From positions 19,613-83,612 of the forward strand of contig JBGSXW010000003.1 of NCBI GenBank assembly GCA_041751215.1: DNA of 64,000 bases, given 5' to 3'. Position 1 is the first letter of the stretch; each line of letters starts with the position of its first letter. Below, piece after piece: positions 63,493-64,000 of this stretch. The notes beneath the pieces were generated by a model. It did not search any database. It worked only from the letters and a program-made list of their open reading frames with translations, and was not told the origin of the DNA. The position numbers and the translations under genes were made by a program. The DNA is from Candidatus Saccharimonadales bacterium (GTDB lineage Bacteria > Patescibacteriota > Saccharimonadia > Saccharimonadales > JBGSXW01).

Positions 63493-64000
63493 CGCCGAGG
63501 TCTTAACCCTTAGTGTTGGCGAGTTTGTATCGTTAGTTAATCAAACTCTCGAATACGCATTACCGATTGTTATAGTCGAGGGCGAGGTCTCAAGCTTTAA
63601 AGTAAGCAAAAATCGTTGGATCTACTTTGATTTAAAGGACGATGAAGCTTCGGTTCGCTGCTTCGGTACTGTTTATCATCTAAAGACCCCGATCGAGGAC
63701 GGCATGCTAGTCAAAGTTACCGCCACGCCACGTTTGCATCAGCTCTACGGATTTTCCCTCAATATTCAGTCACTGGCTCCAAGTGGCGAAGGTAGTTTGA
63801 GGCGGGCCTTCGAGTTGCTTAAAAAGAAGCTAGAAGATGAGGGGCTCTTCGACACGGCTCGCAAGCGCGCATTGCCTGTCATACCGCAAAAGGTTGGCTT
63901 GATTACTTCTTCTGAAGCGGCTGCCTATGCCGACTTTACCAAAGTGCTTGGGCAGCGGTGGGGAGGACTGGAGATTCAATTGGCCAATGTTCATGTGCAG
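63485..64000 (+). CDS. xseA: Exodeoxyribonuclease VII large subunit, N-terminal part (runs off the window)
   Basis: ATG at 63485 overlaps the previous stop. LSVGEFVSLVNQTLE..IVEGEVSSFKVSKNRWIYFDLKDDEASVRC.. (OB fold), ..LLKKKLEDEGLFD..KRALP..PQKVGLITSSEAAAYADF.. Confidence 0.85.
   Translation, partial: MANAEVLTLSVGEFVSLVNQTLEYALPIVIVEGEVSSFKVSKNRWIYFDLKDDEASVRCFGTVYHLKTPIEDGMLVKVTATPRLHQLYGFSLNIQSLAPSGEGSLRRAFELLKKKLEDEGLFDTARKRALPVIPQKVGLITSSEAAAYADFTKVLGQRWGGLEIQLANVHVQ

Noticed and set aside
1-64000. tRNA, rRNA, tmRNA and RNase P genes
   Set aside because: I inspected all intergenic spacers longer than 80 nt. None has a cloverleaf with a GGTTCGAATCC-type T-arm, and none has the conserved RNase P (GAGGAAAGTCC) or rRNA motifs. 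I cannot exclude a divergent small RNA without a covariance-model scan.

Overview
The window looks like a gene-dense, largely syntenic chromosome segment of a reduced-genome, monoderm-type bacterium. Composition is about 45-50% GC, and TGA is used as a stop codon. My inference, not a proof, is a Patescibacteria/CPR organism such as a Saccharibacteria-like lineage. The supporting features are a class I LysRS, a ProRS without the INS editing domain, uppS followed directly by rseP with no cdsA/dxr, an LCP protein, FtsEX next to a CHAP hydrolase, and a giant surface protein. Most genes are housekeeping: ftsA-ftsZ, nrdR-nrdJ, ileS, a SEDS protein, rplU, parAB, lepB, htrA, prfA-prmC, rpmE, rpsB-tsf-frr-uppS-rseP, proS, mreBCD-mrdA, greA, lysK, serS, hpf, secA, prfB, ftsEX, ctp, pyrG, rpmA and xseA. 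No rRNA, tRNA, CRISPR array or transposase was recognised. Seven things deserve a second look. (1) A ~0.5 kb cassette at 29.36-29.90 kb has 62-67% GC and foreign codon usage. It carries its own promoter, SD, TTG start and hairpin terminator, and is bracketed by a perfect 13-bp inverted repeat. (2) A 2,192-aa membrane-anchored fibre protein is built from repeated modules, YadA-head-like repeats and a phage-type S74 auto-chaperone domain. (3) A ~130-140 nt GC-rich repeat element occurs once downstream of nrdJ and once, inverted and in frame, inside ileS. (4) Further GC-rich, ~120-nt imperfect palindromes lie in intergenic DNA. (5) An operon of acidic proteins at 32.3-35.4 kb matches no family I recognise. 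(6) A TGnTAnAAT -10 box recurs 6-8 nt upstream of start codons, which implies leaderless mRNAs. (7) A structured leader with alternative pairings precedes mreB.
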